Of a stretch of 17,081 nucleotides of DNA, positions 16,279 through 17,081 are shown in pieces. The notes beneath the pieces are model-generated. The model ran no database searches and was not told the DNA's origin. It was given only the letters and a program-made list of their open reading frames with translations. The stretch spans positions 1 through 17,081 of the forward strand of contig DAHVLZ010000043.1 in the NCBI GenBank assembly GCA_027320085.1, read 5' to 3'. The position numbers and the translations under genes are program-made. The stretch is from Pseudomonadota bacterium. GTDB taxonomy: Bacteria; Pseudomonadota; Gammaproteobacteria; JAKAQQ01. Each line of letters starts with the position of its first letter. Within the stretch, counting starts at the first letter, position 1.

Positions 16279-16527
16279 ATGGCCGACCTCACTTCCGAAA
16301 TTGCAGCGTATGAACGCATGCGCAACGATCTCGAATCGCAACACATGGGAAAATGGGTGCTCGTGCATGATGGGCAACTCGAGGGTGTGTATGATTCCTT
16401 TGAAGAAGCAGCCGAGTCCGCTGTAAAAAGATTTGGGCGGGGTCCCTACCTGATCCGCCAGGTTGGCGCGGCTCCGATCTCTTTGCCCGCATCCGTGATG
16501 TACCGGCCGGTACATGCCCGAAGTTAA
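16279..16527 (+). CDS. Small DUF5678-like protein
   Basis: 82 aa from ATG 16279: EIAAYERMRNDLESQHMGKWVLVHDGQLEGVYDSFEEA..A...FG..PYLIRQVG. The GKWV....G.......S..EA pattern is characteristic. Composition is visibly lower in GC than the tad genes. Confidence 0.72.
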   Translation: MADLTSEIAAYERMRNDLESQHMGKWVLVHDGQLEGVYDSFEEAAESAVKRFGRGPYLIRQVGAAPISLPASVMYRPVHARS

Positions 16528-16946
16528 GTGCGGTTTTGGGAAATGTGCCTGCCCGCGACCTGCTGGTCGCGGGGGGCCCTGCTTTGCTCGTATTTTGTCC
16601 CTGCCAACCGAACGGCACCCCTCCCGGGTATCAGGGCCGTTCAGGCTCTTGTAGATACCGGCGCAATCGAAAGCTGTATCGACAGCGGATGGGCGATGCA
16701 ACTGAATCTGCCAATCGTCGATAGACAGGTAATTGCTGGAGTCGGTGGCCCACACACAGTGAATATGCATCTGGCACAGATCCACGTTCCATTAATTTAG
16801 GTCAGACCATTTACGGCAAATTTGCTGCTGTGGATCTTGTCGCGGGTGGTCAGTCTCATTTCGCGCTCATTGGACGCACTTTCTTGAAGTTTTGCAATTT
16901 GCTTTATGACGGAACCACGGGCCAAGTAACAATCAGGATACCGTAA
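16514..16946 (+). pseudogene. Retropepsin-like (clan AA) aspartic protease, interrupted by three frameshifts
   Basis: Pieces in successive frames: ATG 16514 MPEVKCGF; shift near 16540 to NVPARDLLVAGGPALLV; shift near 16590 to ..PLPGIRAVQALVDTGAIESCIDS...IAGVGG...HLAQIHVP; shift near 16795 to LGQTIYGKFAAVDLVAGGQSHFALIGRTFLKFCNLLYDGTTGQVTIRIP, stop at 16944-16946. The ALVDTGA and ALIGRTFL motifs are retropepsin hallmarks. Confidence 0.8.
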
Positions 16947-17032
16947 ATCTCCGTTCTCGCCTCAAGCGGAGACCCTCCCCCGGAATCGCAGGATTGACGG
17001 GCCGGTGATGTCGTGCTTTGATGGGCCGGAGC

Positions 17033-17050
17033 GGGGTCGTCCGCGACCCC
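17033..17050. repeat. Perfect 7-bp hairpin
   Basis: GGGGTCG-TCCG-CGACCCC followed only by TTGTG; a terminator role is uncertain. Confidence 0.4.
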
Positions 17051-17081
17051 TTGTGCCCATGGGGGAGGCTACCCTTCCTCC

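Noticed and set aside
16514-16946. Programmed ribosomal frameshifting producing an active protease
   Set aside because: Three separate shifts would be needed and the middle junction looks like a deletion. Decay or sequence error is more parsimonious.
1-17081. CRISPR arrays, tRNA/rRNA genes, IS elements, integrases
   Set aside because: No regularly spaced repeats, RNA gene signatures or recombinase/transposase ORFs were seen.

Overview
This is a GC-rich bacterial window, probably proteobacterial (inferred), dominated by surface-appendage genes. From left to right: two tandem minus-strand glycine-rich lipoproteins (paralogs; the left one runs off the window edge and is absent from the ORF track); a divergent MshA-like type IVa pilin; dapB; an AT-rich spacer with a strong sigma70-like promoter; then a ~11.8 kb, largely translationally coupled Tad/Flp pilus operon. 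The operon encodes Flp, TadG-like, TadE-like with a long C-terminal extension, an exported hypothetical, a small second pilin-like protein, CpaB, CpaC secretin, an FHA-fused CpaF ATPase, TadB, TadC, DUF192, a TPR lipoprotein and a second TadE-like protein. It lacks CpaE/TadZ and a prepilin peptidase within the window. Next come a small outer-membrane beta-barrel gene and a lower-GC pair: a DUF5678-like gene and a retropepsin-like aspartic protease broken by three frameshifts. The strongest candidates for new biology are (i) the lipid-anchored polyglycine proteins, which differ by a Cys-loop insert bounded by poly-Gly tracts, and (ii) the atypical Tad machine. All family assignments come from motif recognition, not from database searches.
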